Positions 26,969-36,601 of a stretch of DNA of 64,000 nucleotides are shown here, piece by piece (within the stretch, counting starts at the first letter, position 1; the number at the start of each line of letters is the position of its first letter). The position numbers were made by a program, and so were the translations under genes. The DNA comes from an uncultured Prevotella sp. (lineage in GTDB: Bacteria; Bacteroidota; Bacteroidia; Bacteroidales; Bacteroidaceae), in the NCBI GenBank assembly GCA_900315525.1, contig OMZO01000013.1:2646-66645 (forward strand), written 5' to 3'. The notes under the pieces were generated by a model, which saw only the letters and a program-made list of their open reading frames with translations, was not told where the DNA came from and searched no databases.

Positions 26969-28717
26969 ATGGCAGACAATGCACAGTTGATTGCTCAGTG
27001 CGAGGCACGGGCAAAAGAATGGCTCTCTCCGGCCTTTGATGAGGAGACACGTAAGGAAGTTCAGGCAATGCTCGACGCAGAGGACAAGACTCCGCTGATC
27101 GACGCTTTCTATCAGAATCTTGAGTTTGGTACTGGTGGTCTCCGTGGTATCATGGGTGCTGGTACGAACCGTATGAACAAGTACATCGTGGGTATGGCTA
27201 CCCAGGGATTTGCCAACTATATTCTGAAGGCATTCCCAGGTCGTAAGGATCTTGCTGTCGTAGTAGGTCACGACTGCCGTAACAATGGTCGTATGTTCGC
27301 TGAGTCCGTAGCAGCTATCTTCTCTGCCAACGGCATCAAGGCTTATCTCTTCGAGAGTCTTCGTCCGACGCCAGAGATTTCGTTTGCCATCCGTCAGCTT
27401 CACGCTCAGGCTGGTGTCAACGTGACAGCTTCTCACAACCCCCGCGAATACAATGGCTACAAGGCTTATTGGGAAGACGGTGCACAGGTGCTGGCTCCGC
27501 ACGATGTAGGTATCATCGAGGAGGTGAACAAGGTGAAGATCGAGGACGTGAAGTTCGAGCCTAACTACGACCTGATTGAGATTATCGGTGGTGAGATGGA
27601 CTGGGATTATCTGCAGGCCGTCAAGGAGGCTATGGTTGATCAGGATGTCATCCTGCGTCAGAAAGACCTTAACATCGTCTATTCTCCGATGCACGGCACA
27701 GGTCGTGTGATTATTCCTGAGGCTCTGCGTTCATGGGGCTTCCAGAATATCCACGTTGTGCGTGAGCAGATGGAGATCGATGGTAACTTCCCCACGGTGG
27801 TCAGCCCGAACCCCGAGAATGCAGAGGCTATGACCCTCGGTATGAAGCTCGGTACGAAGCTCAATGCTGACCTTGTCATTGCATCTGACCCTGATGCCGA
27901 CCGTCTGGCTATCGTATGCCGCAACAACAAGGGCGAGTGGGAAATCCTGAATGGTAACCAAACCTGCATGATGTTCTGCTGGTACATCATCGCCAACAAG
28001 AAGAAGCTCGGCCAGCTGAAGGGCAACGAGTTCCTCGTGAAGACCATCGTGACCACCGAGGAGATTGCTGAGATTGCCAAGAAGAACAATGTGGAACTGC
28101 GCGACTGCTATACCGGCTTCAAGTGGATTGCCAACGAGATCCGCATCTCTGAGGGCAAGCAGAAGTACATCGGCGGTGGTGAGGAGAGCTTCGGCTTCCT
28201 GCCGTTTGACAAGGTTCGCGACAAGGATTCTCCCGCTTCTATCTGTCTGATCTGTGAGATCGCCGCTTGGGCCAAGGACAATGGCCGTACGCTCTACGAC
28301 CTGCTCATGGACATCTATGCAGAGTATGGCTTCTCTAAGGAAACCACTATCAATGTCGTGAAGCCTGGTAAGACCGGTGCCGACGAGATCAAGCAGATGA
28401 TGGTTGACTTCCGCAACAACCCGCCGAAGGAGTTGGGTGGCTCTAAGATCTGCCTGTGGAAGGACTACCAGACACTCGAGGCTACGAAGGCTGATGGTAC
28501 GAAGGAGAAACTGAATATGCCTACCACGTCGAATGTGCTGCAGTGGTTCTGCGAGGATGGTACCAAGGTAAGTGTGCGTCCTTCAGGTACAGAGCCGAAG
28601 ATTAAGTTCTACTGCGAAGTGAAGGATGCCAGCTTCAAGTGTGCTGGCTGCTATGAGCGCTGCACAAAGGGAGCAGAAGAGAAGATCGAGGGTATCAAGA
28701 AGAGCCTGAATCTTTAA
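26969..28717 (+). CDS. Phospho-sugar mutase (phosphoglucomutase/phosphomannomutase family)
   Basis: The active-site loop is TASHNPREYNGYK, the metal-binding motif is ASDPDADR, the sugar-binding motif is GGEESFG, and length is 582 aa. Confidence 0.9.
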   Translation: MADNAQLIAQCEARAKEWLSPAFDEETRKEVQAMLDAEDKTPLIDAFYQNLEFGTGGLRGIMGAGTNRMNKYIVGMATQGFANYILKAFPGRKDLAVVVGHDCRNNGRMFAESVAAIFSANGIKAYLFESLRPTPEISFAIRQLHAQAGVNVTASHNPREYNGYKAYWEDGAQVLAPHDVGIIEEVNKVKIEDVKFEPNYDLIEIIGGEMDWDYLQAVKEAMVDQDVILRQKDLNIVYSPMHGTGRVIIPEALRSWGFQNIHVVREQMEIDGNFPTVVSPNPENAEAMTLGMKLGTKLNADLVIASDPDADRLAIVCRNNKGEWEILNGNQTCMMFCWYIIANKKKLGQLKGNEFLVKTIVTTEEIAEIAKKNNVELRDCYTGFKWIANEIRISEGKQKYIGGGEESFGFLPFDKVRDKDSPASICLICEIAAWAKDNGRTLYDLLMDIYAEYGFSKETTINVVKPGKTGADEIKQMMVDFRNNPPKELGGSKICLWKDYQTLEATKADGTKEKLNMPTTSNVLQWFCEDGTKVSVRPSGTEPKIKFYCEVKDASFKCAGCYERCTKGAEEKIEGIKKSLNL

Positions 28718-28743
28718 GATCTGCCCTTTGGTCATTATACAAG

Positions 28744-28779
28744 AATCCCGAAGCGTCGTAAGATGCCTCGGGATTTTTT
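28744..28779 (+). terminator. Rho-independent terminator after the mutase gene
   Basis: AATCCCGAAGC-loop-GCCTCGGGATT followed by TTTTT. Confidence 0.7.
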
Positions 28780-28802
28780 ATTAACCCAGTCTTATTTCAA
28801 AT

Positions 28803-28836
28803 TAACCCCGCCTTATTGAGCAATAAGGCGGGGTTA
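28803..28836. terminator. Perfect 15-bp hairpin between convergent genes
   Basis: TAACCCCGCCTTATT-GAGC-AATAAGGCGGGGTTA. It is probably the terminator for the minus-strand peptidase gene. Confidence 0.6.
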
Positions 28837-28855
28837 TTATGTAACACTTTGGGGA

Positions 28856-30100
28856 TTACCAACCGTATTGTTGCCAACGGATCACGTTGTTCCACTGGAA
28901 ATTCTGGATAGCAGTATTCCAATTGGGAGTCGTCGATTTGTAGAGGGTGCGGGGGAAGAACATGCTGACTACGCCACATTCGTCGGCCTTCACGTTGGAA
29001 TTGTTCATGTCGATCGCCAGCTGTCTAAATCCTGTGAGCCATTTGGCGGAGAAACGGCTGTAGGGCACTGCCTTCTTAAAGGTAGACTTCCAACTGTTGA
29101 AGTCGCTTTCCGACGTGTTCATACTGAGGATGTGACAGATGTCGTAAGCATACATGTAATTGCTATAAGCATAGTGGAAGGCATCATCGAATTTGAAGTT
29201 GCCTTCAGGAGTCAGTTTGTCGGGGATGGTGCTGAGCAGACGGGCTGTTGCCTGAGCCAGGTTGTCAAGTTCGGCACTCTTGATGGCTACAAGCGGCAAG
29301 CTATAGCCTGCTAAGTCGCCCTCTACAATGTTGTATATGTAGGAGGGTACCTTCGGGATATAGTCGATATAGTAATCATAATAGGCATCAACAATCGACT
29401 GATAGAAGGTACCGGATGTATTGAACAGCGTAGGAACGACGAGATCATAGGGCGCACCTGGGTCGGGAATCTCGGCAGGAGAAGCTATCAGGTAGTCGGT
29501 GACTTTGCGTAGCTCGTAGGCTGACTCGATGCAGCCGAAGTTGCAGCAGTCGGCAAAGATGAATTGCAGATGCTCGCTGCCCATGCCATTGGCAATGGCG
29601 CGGGCCATCGACGGGATGTTCATCCAGTAGGATTTGCTTTGTCCCGTATCAACACCGTAGGCTCTTGTATAGGCGATAGAGTCGTTTCTGATGAGCCAGC
29701 CATCCGCGTGGCCCCAGAGCACGAGGCCGTAGCTCTTGGCGTGATATTTCTCGCGGGTATAGCGGAGCATCTTTTCCAGAATGGCAGGGTCGGCTGTCAG
29801 CGTCTCCTCCATGGAGGTGGAGTCGACCAGTACGCCGTCCTTAACGCGGGCAATATAGGGGGGTGTCGATTCTGTATTATCTACATAGATAATCAGGTTC
29901 TGAAGGTCGTTAAGCAGCTTGGAACTTTCCTTCAGTTCCTTGATGTCCTTATTGGCAAGCGACGCGAGATTGTTGTCAGCTCCCATATAGATAAGTACGG
30001 TGCGCTCTGCATCTTGCGGCACATCTGGGGTATCGTTGTCGTCTTTGCCACAGGCCCCGATCAGGAGCGAGGCCGCTAATAGAATCATGTATTTCTTCAT
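28856..30100 (-). CDS. Clostripain-like (C11 family) cysteine peptidase lipoprotein
   Basis: The lipobox is MKKYMILLAASLLIGAC. TVLIYMGADNNL, the His context VLWGHADGW and the Cys context FADCCNFG form the C11 His/Cys dyad pattern. Start is at ATG 30100, downstream of the -7 box. Confidence 0.75.
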   Translation of the reverse strand: MKKYMILLAASLLIGACGKDDNDTPDVPQDAERTVLIYMGADNNLASLANKDIKELKESSKLLNDLQNLIIYVDNTESTPPYIARVKDGVLVDSTSMEETLTADPAILEKMLRYTREKYHAKSYGLVLWGHADGWLIRNDSIAYTRAYGVDTGQSKSYWMNIPSMARAIANGMGSEHLQFIFADCCNFGCIESAYELRKVTDYLIASPAEIPDPGAPYDLVVPTLFNTSGTFYQSIVDAYYDYYIDYIPKVPSYIYNIVEGDLAGYSLPLVAIKSAELDNLAQATARLLSTIPDKLTPEGNFKFDDAFHYAYSNYMYAYDICHILSMNTSESDFNSWKSTFKKAVPYSRFSAKWLTGFRQLAIDMNNSNVKADECGVVSMFFPRTLYKSTTPNWNTAIQNFQWNNVIRWQQYGW

Positions 30101-30118
30101 AAAATCAAGAATTTGGTG

Positions 30119-30126
30119 CAAAGGTA
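30119..30126 (-). promoter_or_regulatory. -7 promoter box TACCTTTG for the C11 peptidase gene
   Basis: Plus-strand CAAAGGTA, 19 nt upstream of ATG 30100. This excludes the TTG at 30121 as the start. Confidence 0.5.
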
Positions 30127-30169
30127 TGAAAAAAAAAGGAATAAAGCCGGAAAAATGACATTTTATTTG

Positions 30170-30177
30170 TAACTTTG
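30170..30177 (+). promoter_or_regulatory. -7 promoter box TAACTTTG for the second GH25 gene
   Basis: Matches TAnnTTTG, 22 nt upstream of ATG 30199. Confidence 0.5.
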
Positions 30178-30198
30178 CGCCTCAAATAAGGAAAATTG

Positions 30199-31071
30199 AT
30201 GAAAAGACTCTATATATTGCTGGCTTTGCTGATAGCCCTGATGAGCATCGGCGAGGTATCTGCACAGCGCTCGAGAATAACGAAGACACGCAACCACCAG
30301 CGCACGCACAGGGTGGTGAAGAAACATAGGAAAAGTAAGGGAAAGAAAATAAGGACAGCCAAGCTGAAGCGTGGGAAAAAGGCAGTCGTAGTCGATCCCC
30401 GTCTGAATGATCCCAACTACAATCCCTATCTGCAGTGTGAGGACACCTGCGACCATGTGCATGGCATCGACCTGTCGCACTATCAGGGAGAGGTGTTCTG
30501 GGAGACGGTGGGACAGAATACGAAGACGGCCTATGTCTATCTGAAGGCAACGGAGGGCGGTGATCGTATCGACGAGCGTTACGAAAAGAACATCGACTTG
30601 GCGCACCGCTACGGACTCAAGGTGGGCTCCTACCACTTCTTCCGTCCGAAGAGTCCGCTGCATCTCCAGTTGCAGAATTTCATGACGCAGTGTCGCCCTG
30701 GCGAGCAGGACTTGATTCCGATGATTGATATCGAAACAACTGGTGGACTGCCTACCGACGTGTTCTGTGACTCGCTGATTACGTTCCTTGCCATGGTGGA
30801 GAAGGCTTATCGCCAGCAGCCGCTGATCTATACTTACAGGAATTTCTACAACAAACACCTGCTGGGCAAGCTCGACGACTATAAGCTGATGATTGCCATG
30901 TACACGCCCGAGGAACCGGTGCTTGACGACCGGAGGGATATCACGATGTGGCAATATACAAGTAAAGGACGTATCGTGGGCGTCAGCGGTTATGTCGATA
31001 AGAGTCGCTTCATGGGAAAGCATGGACTGCGCGACATCCGGTTCAGGCATATTCATCCCGTCAAGAGGTAG
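30199..31071 (+). CDS. GH25 muramidase (lysozyme), second paralog, with a signal peptide and a polybasic linker
   Basis: HGIDLSHYQGEVFWETV...YVYLKATEGGDRIDERY...GSYHFF. The N-terminus is MKRLYILLALLIALMSIGEVSAQ, followed by a K/R-rich stretch. Confidence 0.85.
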   Translation: MKRLYILLALLIALMSIGEVSAQRSRITKTRNHQRTHRVVKKHRKSKGKKIRTAKLKRGKKAVVVDPRLNDPNYNPYLQCEDTCDHVHGIDLSHYQGEVFWETVGQNTKTAYVYLKATEGGDRIDERYEKNIDLAHRYGLKVGSYHFFRPKSPLHLQLQNFMTQCRPGEQDLIPMIDIETTGGLPTDVFCDSLITFLAMVEKAYRQQPLIYTYRNFYNKHLLGKLDDYKLMIAMYTPEEPVLDDRRDITMWQYTSKGRIVGVSGYVDKSRFMGKHGLRDIRFRHIHPVKR

Positions 31072-31098
31072 AATAGCAAACTAAATAGTCATTCAGAT

Positions 31099-31716
31099 AT
31101 GGATACGAATACAGAAGTGAACAATCCCGAAGAGCAGCAAGAGGTGAAGCATGGTCATAAGGTGATGCGCATTTCGCTGATTGTGGCTATGATTATTACC
31201 GTAGCTGCCATCTCAGTAGGCTATTATTACTATAGAGACCGCGTTTCGGAGAATGAGGAACGGCTCTATGAGCGTGCGATGCAGAGCACGGAGCCTGCCA
31301 TCCTGCAGCAGTATCTCGACTTCTACCCAGAGGCACCGAAGGCTCATCGAGACTCCGTGGAGGCTCATCTGAAGGCGTTGAAGATGATCGATCTGGAGTG
31401 GGCTGAGGCTATTGCCCGCAACTCGCCAGCATTCCTGGAGCGTTTCATCAGCAGACATCCTAATAATGTGCATGTGCCTGACGCGCGTATCCGTATTGAT
31501 TCTCTGGACTATGTGCGGGCTCTTGACAGTTGCACCGTTGAGGCTTTTAGCCAGTATATGGAGAAGCATCGCGAAGGGATGTACTACGACTATGCCAGTC
31601 TGAAGATTGACAGTCTGCAACGGGCTATCGAGCGCCAGCGTCAGGCGGCGGAGCGTGACTCCATCATGCATGCTCAGGGCGCAGAAGAGTCAGAGGAACT
31701 ACTCCTCGATATGTGA
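31099..31716 (+). CDS. Hypothetical membrane-anchored protein (205 aa)
   Basis: A single TM (ISLIVAMIITVAAISVGYYYY) is followed by a helical soluble region. Confidence 0.6.
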   Translation: MDTNTEVNNPEEQQEVKHGHKVMRISLIVAMIITVAAISVGYYYYRDRVSENEERLYERAMQSTEPAILQQYLDFYPEAPKAHRDSVEAHLKALKMIDLEWAEAIARNSPAFLERFISRHPNNVHVPDARIRIDSLDYVRALDSCTVEAFSQYMEKHREGMYYDYASLKIDSLQRAIERQRQAAERDSIMHAQGAEESEELLLDM

Positions 31717-32526
31717 TAGGGAGTGGACGAAGGAGGCGAAGAAATTTGTGACGCTCTCCGAGGGATAGTAGCGGAAGTAGCGTGCTGAGCGGCGCACGTG
31801 GCTGAACATTGCCGAGGTGTTGCTGTTGTGCACGAAGATGCTATCCTCGTCTTGTGAGAAATACCAGTCGTGTGATCTTGTGTTGGTGAAGTCCAACAGT
31901 TCGTTGGCAATCTGCTTGACGCGTTTATCTCGCTTCTCTGAGAGAAACGGTATGTCCTCTGGCGTAAATCCGAACATCAGAATCAGGAATTCCCCTTCCA
32001 GATGGGCCATCTGTGTCAGTCGCAGGCGGCTGAGCCATCCCTTCAGCGTCTCGTAATCGGCATTAGCGCCTTGGTGCTTAATATAGATGCCGAGTTCCAG
32101 GAGCTGGCGGATGGGCATGCCTTCGTTGAGGATATGTCTTACCACCCTGATGATGAGTAGCAACATGTGGCGCGTGGTCGTGTCGGAGTGTTCGTCGTCG
32201 AGGATATTCTGCAACTGGCGGTTCAGCATGGGATTGGTTAGATGGTCTGCGCGCAGGAATTCGTCTTCCTCATCCTCGATGGCCGTTGGCCTGGCGGTCT
32301 CACTATATGCTTTCTGCCATTCCTTTTCCTGTCTTTCCGTGAGGTGCATGAAGAACTGGTCGCGACTGTTCTCTATCCCTTTGTAGGCATAGGGTATCAC
32401 ATTGTGCATGACGGCCAGTTGATAGAGCCGTTCCCATTTGTGAGCCGACATGGGCTCGAGTTTGTCGTAGGTGTTGAACGCGCCGTTTCTCAGCACTTTG
32501 AAGAGGTTACGCTGTATGATGTCCAT
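31699..32526 (-). CDS. Hypothetical protein (275 aa)
   Basis: Complete ATG ORF that converges on and overlaps the previous gene by 18 nt. It faintly resembles the C-terminal part of uncharacterised nucleotidyltransferase-family proteins, but no catalytic motif is seen. Confidence 0.55.
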   Translation of the reverse strand: MDIIQRNLFKVLRNGAFNTYDKLEPMSAHKWERLYQLAVMHNVIPYAYKGIENSRDQFFMHLTERQEKEWQKAYSETARPTAIEDEEDEFLRADHLTNPMLNRQLQNILDDEHSDTTTRHMLLLIIRVVRHILNEGMPIRQLLELGIYIKHQGANADYETLKGWLSRLRLTQMAHLEGEFLILMFGFTPEDIPFLSEKRDKRVKQIANELLDFTNTRSHDWYFSQDEDSIFVHNSNTSAMFSHVRRSARYFRYYPSESVTNFFASFVHSLSHIEE

Positions 32527-32529
32527 GGG

Positions 32530-33804
32530 CTATGAGTATCTTTTGGGGTATCTGAAAAGAATCGACAGCAGGGCGACGATACCCAGTGCCAGCGGATAAT
32601 AGAGGTAAGGCACGATGCTCACGGGATTGAGTGAGGCCAGACCTGCCGCTATCAGCAGCTGTGCACCGTAAGGGATGACGCCTTGTACCATGCAAGAGAA
32701 GGTGTCGAGGATGGAGGCACACTTCTTATTGTCAACACCGTAGCGGTCGCCAATCTGTTTGGAGATGCCACCGACGGTGAGGATGGCCACTGTGTTGTTG
32801 GCTGTACAGATATCCACCAGCGAGACCAGGACGGCGATGCTCAGCTCGGCACCTCGCTTGCTGTTCACGCGACGTGTCAGCAGTCGGATCAGAAAGTCAA
32901 TGCCACCTTGTTCGCGTATCAGTTCCAGCATACCGCCAGCCATCATGGTGACGATGATCAGCTCGCCCATGGAGAGGATGCCTTCGCCCATCGCACCGAA
33001 CCAGCCATAGATGTCGAAGGCACCTGTCAGTATGCCGATGATGCCTGTCAGAAGAAGCCCCATCATCAGTACGCCCATGACATTCATGCCGATGATGGCG
33101 GAGACGAGAACGGTGAGGTAGGGGATAACCTTAACCCATTCCACGCTGGCCACATGAGATGGCGCACTCACTCCTTGCCCCATTATCAGATAGATGATGA
33201 GGATAGCCAGGGCTGCGGGTGCCACGATGAAACTGTTCACGCGGAACTTATCGCTTAGGCGACAACCCTGTGTCTGGGTGGCCATGATGGTGGTATCGGA
33301 GATAAATGAGAGGTTGTCGCCGAAAAATGATCCTCCGACGATGATGGCTGTCATCATCGCCACATCAGTACCTGTCTCGTTAGCCACACCCGCAGCAATG
33401 GGCACCAGGGCGGCTATCGTTCCGACACTTGTGCCGATAGACAGAGATATAAAACAGGCAGCCAGGAACATGCCTGCCAACAGCATCTGAGGCGATAGCA
33501 AAGATAGGGTGAGGTTCACCGTAGCATCGATGCTGCCCATCATCTTTGCAGAGTAGGCGAAGGCACCTGCCAGGATGAATATCCAGATCATCAGCATCAT
33601 CTGTTCCGTGGCAGCTCCGCGACTGTAGGTGTTGATGCGTTGCATGAGTGGCTTGCCGCCAAAAATGATGATGGCATAGCAGCTTGACACGAGAAAGGCC
33701 ACAGTAATGGGTATCTTGTAGAAGTCACCAGCAATGATGCTGGTGACTAAGTAGAATAAGACAAACACCATGAGTGGTGATAGTGCTATGAGGCCTTTCT
33801 TCAC
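32530..33804 (-). CDS. nhaC: Na+/H+ antiporter NhaC family protein
   Basis: 424 aa polytopic membrane protein with an NhaC-like N-terminus (KKGLIALSPLMVFVLFYLVTSIIAGDFYKIP). It has a GTG start. Confidence 0.75.
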   Translation of the reverse strand: MKKGLIALSPLMVFVLFYLVTSIIAGDFYKIPITVAFLVSSCYAIIIFGGKPLMQRINTYSRGAATEQMMLMIWIFILAGAFAYSAKMMGSIDATVNLTLSLLSPQMLLAGMFLAACFISLSIGTSVGTIAALVPIAAGVANETGTDVAMMTAIIVGGSFFGDNLSFISDTTIMATQTQGCRLSDKFRVNSFIVAPAALAILIIYLIMGQGVSAPSHVASVEWVKVIPYLTVLVSAIIGMNVMGVLMMGLLLTGIIGILTGAFDIYGWFGAMGEGILSMGELIIVTMMAGGMLELIREQGGIDFLIRLLTRRVNSKRGAELSIAVLVSLVDICTANNTVAILTVGGISKQIGDRYGVDNKKCASILDTFSCMVQGVIPYGAQLLIAAGLASLNPVSIVPYLYYPLALGIVALLSILFRYPKRYS

Positions 33805-33821
33805 GTTTTATACCTTAATTA

Positions 33822-35315
33822 TTATAGTGTGACACCATTCTTGAAGATTGAGATTTCGCGGTAACCGTTCTCTTCGTTCTTGGCAAGTTCGCCACTGGCG
33901 ACTGCCAACACCTTGTCAATGAATTCAGGTACCAGTTCCTGCATCGTGCGACCCTCGACGAGTTGTCCGGCAGAGAAGTCGATCCAGTTCTTCTTGTGGC
34001 TGGCGAGGTAAGGATTTGTGGCAATCTTCATGGTAGGCACGAAGGTGCCGAAAGGCGTTCCGCGGCCTGTGGTGAAGAGCACGAGGTGACAACCGCACGA
34101 GGCGAGGGCTGTGGCGGCCACGAGGTCGTTGCCTGGTGCTGAGAGCAGGTTGAGTCCGTCATGCTCCAAACGGTCGCCGTATTCCATCACACCGCTGACG
34201 GGAGCCTTGCCGCACTTCTGCGTGCAGCCCAGTGCCTTGTCTTCCAGGGTAGAGATACCACCGGCCTTATTACCCGGACTGGGGTTCTCGCCGACGGGCT
34301 CACCGTGAGAGAGGAAGTATTCCTTGAAGTTGTTGATCATTGATACCGTCTGGTTGAAGAGGTCTTCTGTGCGACAGCGGTTCATCAGGATGGTTTCTGC
34401 ACCGAACATCTCTGGCACCTCAGTCAGTACGCTGGTGCCGCCCTGAGCTACCAGCCAGTCGGAGAATTCGCCGACGAGCGGGTTGGCGGTGATGCCGCTG
34501 AAACCGTCAGATCCACCACATTTCAAACCGACGCGCAATTTGGATACGGGAACCTCGGTTCGCTTGTCCTGACGGGCGATGTCATAGAGTTCGCGGAGAA
34601 TCTCCATACCAGCCTCCATCTCGTCATCAACCTTTTGGGTAATGAGCAGCTTGATGCGATCTTTATCGTAGTCACCGAGCATCTTCATGAAGTCGTCGGG
34701 CTGGTTGTTCTCACAACCGAGGCTCAGCACCAAAACGGCACCTGCATTGGGGTGGAGGCAGATGTCGCGGAGCACCTTGCGGGTGTTCTCGTGGTCGCCA
34801 GAGAGCTGCGAACAGCCGAAGTTGTGATGCCAGGCGTGGATGGCGTCGATACCTTCCTCACCGGTCTCTTTCTTGAGGGCATCCACCAGACGTTCGGCGA
34901 TGCCGTTCACACAGCCCACAGTAGGTACAATCCATATTTCGTTTCTCACACCGACATCACCGTTCTTGCGGACATAACCCTTAAAGGTTCGGTTTTCTTT
35001 TTTGATGTCAAGCTCTTGGTTTACAGGATTATATGTGTATTCAAGCGTACCTGACAGATTGGTCTTCAGATTATTCTCATTTACCCAGTCACCTGCCTTC
35101 AGATCTTCCTTGGCATGACCAATGGGATAGCCGTATTTGATGATGTCTGTGCCTTTGGGCGCATCCTTGATGAGCACTTTGTGACCAGCGGGTGTATCCT
35201 GACTGACGACCACTTTCAGGCCGTCGATTTCGATGATGTCACCCTTCTTCTTGGGTTGCAAGCAGACAACCACGCTGTCTGCCGGATTAATTTTCAAAAA
35301 TGTAGCTTGTTCCAT
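33822..35315 (-). CDS. uxaA: Altronate dehydratase
   Basis: 497 aa with an N-terminal SAF domain (KINPADSVVVCL...IKYGYPIGHA) and a UxaA/GarD C-terminal domain. Confidence 0.85.
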   Translation of the reverse strand: MEQATFLKINPADSVVVCLQPKKKGDIIEIDGLKVVVSQDTPAGHKVLIKDAPKGTDIIKYGYPIGHAKEDLKAGDWVNENNLKTNLSGTLEYTYNPVNQELDIKKENRTFKGYVRKNGDVGVRNEIWIVPTVGCVNGIAERLVDALKKETGEEGIDAIHAWHHNFGCSQLSGDHENTRKVLRDICLHPNAGAVLVLSLGCENNQPDDFMKMLGDYDKDRIKLLITQKVDDEMEAGMEILRELYDIARQDKRTEVPVSKLRVGLKCGGSDGFSGITANPLVGEFSDWLVAQGGTSVLTEVPEMFGAETILMNRCRTEDLFNQTVSMINNFKEYFLSHGEPVGENPSPGNKAGGISTLEDKALGCTQKCGKAPVSGVMEYGDRLEHDGLNLLSAPGNDLVAATALASCGCHLVLFTTGRGTPFGTFVPTMKIATNPYLASHKKNWIDFSAGQLVEGRTMQELVPEFIDKVLAVASGELAKNEENGYREISIFKNGVTL

Positions 35316-35335
35316 AAAATATTATTTGTTTTAGT

Positions 35336-36403
35336 TTATATAGCTGTCCTTCGGTAGAAATCCACGTTCTCCTTGGTCAGGATCTCGATAGGCATGTAGT
35401 TGACGGGGGTCACGGCGCGCTTCAGCACGATGGCATTAAACAGCGCATCGACGCTAGCATAGCCTTGTTGGTAAGCATGCTGGGCGATGAGGAATGAGAT
35501 ACTGCCCTGGCGGACGCAGGCCTCGTTCTTCGGCACCATGTCGTAGCCCATGATCTGCACGTTTCGGCGGTTGGTGCGCTGTAGGAACTCGCCCACGATG
35601 TGGGCCTTCGAGTTGAAGGTGATGCAGTGGTGCACCTTCGGGTGGGTGCTGAAGAAATCCTCCAGGATACCATCGTATTCCTTTCTCTCCTCGTCGAGCG
35701 GCAGGTCAACTTCGGTAATCTTGATTTCTGGGAAGTGATCGACCATATAGTGTCGGAAACCCGTCTCGCGGTTTGCCTGCTGTTTCGAACCCACCTTACC
35801 GTCGCGCGTCTGCTTGACGAGAGCAATCTCTTTTTCCTTGGAGGCGATGAGCATCAGCATCTTGGCTGCGAAATAGCCGCTGGCAAAAGAGTCTTGTCCG
35901 AAGAAGGAGAGTGGTTTCAAGTCGGGCATGTAGGAGTCGAGCAGCACGTAGGGGATTGACCTTTCTGTCAGCTTTTCCGTAAAACGGGCTGTCTGTTCCA
36001 AAGTCGTGGGCACGATGACTACACCGTCCATCTTGCCTGAGAAGAATTCACGGACCATCTTCGTGAAGGCGGTGGCATTAAAGCGCTCATAATAGACGAA
36101 CTTCAGCGTGATACCGAAGTCGCGACGGAAGTTACAACAAGCCTGGGCGCCTTCCTCGATCTCGTCCCAGTAGGCGTCTTGCTCATGCTTGGGCAATACG
36201 ATATAAAAGGTATAGGTCTTATTGTAGGCGAGGGCAGAGGCATACATGTTGGGCTGGTAGTCCAGTTCCTCGAGTGCCTTGTTCACCTTGTCAAGCGCCT
36301 TCTGACTGACGTTAGGACGATTGTGGAGCACGCGGTCCACAGTACCTGTCGATACGCCGGCACGAGCGGCGATATCCTTGATGGTAATATTCTCCTTTGG
36401 CAT
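35336..36403 (-). CDS. LacI-family transcriptional regulator (hexuronate utilisation context)
   Basis: The HTH is ITIKDIAARAGVSTGTVDRVLHNR, followed by a periplasmic-binding-protein-like domain. Start is at ATG 36403, because the TTG at 36424 lies inside the -7 box. Confidence 0.85.
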   Translation of the reverse strand: MPKENITIKDIAARAGVSTGTVDRVLHNRPNVSQKALDKVNKALEELDYQPNMYASALAYNKTYTFYIVLPKHEQDAYWDEIEEGAQACCNFRRDFGITLKFVYYERFNATAFTKMVREFFSGKMDGVVIVPTTLEQTARFTEKLTERSIPYVLLDSYMPDLKPLSFFGQDSFASGYFAAKMLMLIASKEKEIALVKQTRDGKVGSKQQANRETGFRHYMVDHFPEIKITEVDLPLDEERKEYDGILEDFFSTHPKVHHCITFNSKAHIVGEFLQRTNRRNVQIMGYDMVPKNEACVRQGSISFLIAQHAYQQGYASVDALFNAIVLKRAVTPVNYMPIEILTKENVDFYRRTAI

Positions 36404-36421
36404 GATAGAGCTATTTTTCGG

Positions 36422-36429
36422 CAAAGGTA
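36422..36429 (-). promoter_or_regulatory. -7 promoter box TACCTTTG for the LacI-family gene
   Basis: Plus-strand CAAAGGTA, 19 nt upstream of ATG 36403. Confidence 0.5.
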
Positions 36430-36543
36430 CAAAGAATTTCTGATAATTGCAAACTGTTGGGCAAAATTATGACTGCGAAATCGTTTCCGTAAGTTTTTTC
36501 CCTAAAAACATCTTAAATATTTGTATAACTCAAAAAAACTTCC

Positions 36544-36551
36544 TATCTTTG
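36544..36551 (+). promoter_or_regulatory. -7 promoter box TATCTTTG for kdgK-eda
   Basis: Matches TAnnTTTG, 51 nt upstream of ATG 36602. Confidence 0.5.
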
Positions 36552-36601
36552 TGCTCGCAAACGAAATTATAAGTTTAATCTATATTTAAAACTAAAACAA
36601 A

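Noticed and set aside
26945-27694. Further long antisense ORFs (also 1504-2211, 41681-42439, 49505-50791, 52993-53922, 57054-57800, 59184-59792, 62333-63052, 40048-41325)
   Set aside because: Each lies opposite a gene with clear family motifs. All show the His/Val/Asp/Gly-rich bias of reverse-complemented GC3-rich codons.
30163-31056. A 297-aa minus-strand ORF opposite the second GH25 gene
   Set aside because: It is a shadow ORF. The plus strand carries an unmistakable GH25 signature and a promoter box.
9940-31071. The GH25 lysozymes as remnants of prophage lysis cassettes
   Set aside because: There are no holin, spanin, terminase, portal or capsid genes nearby. Both genes have host-like GC and their own housekeeping-type promoters.
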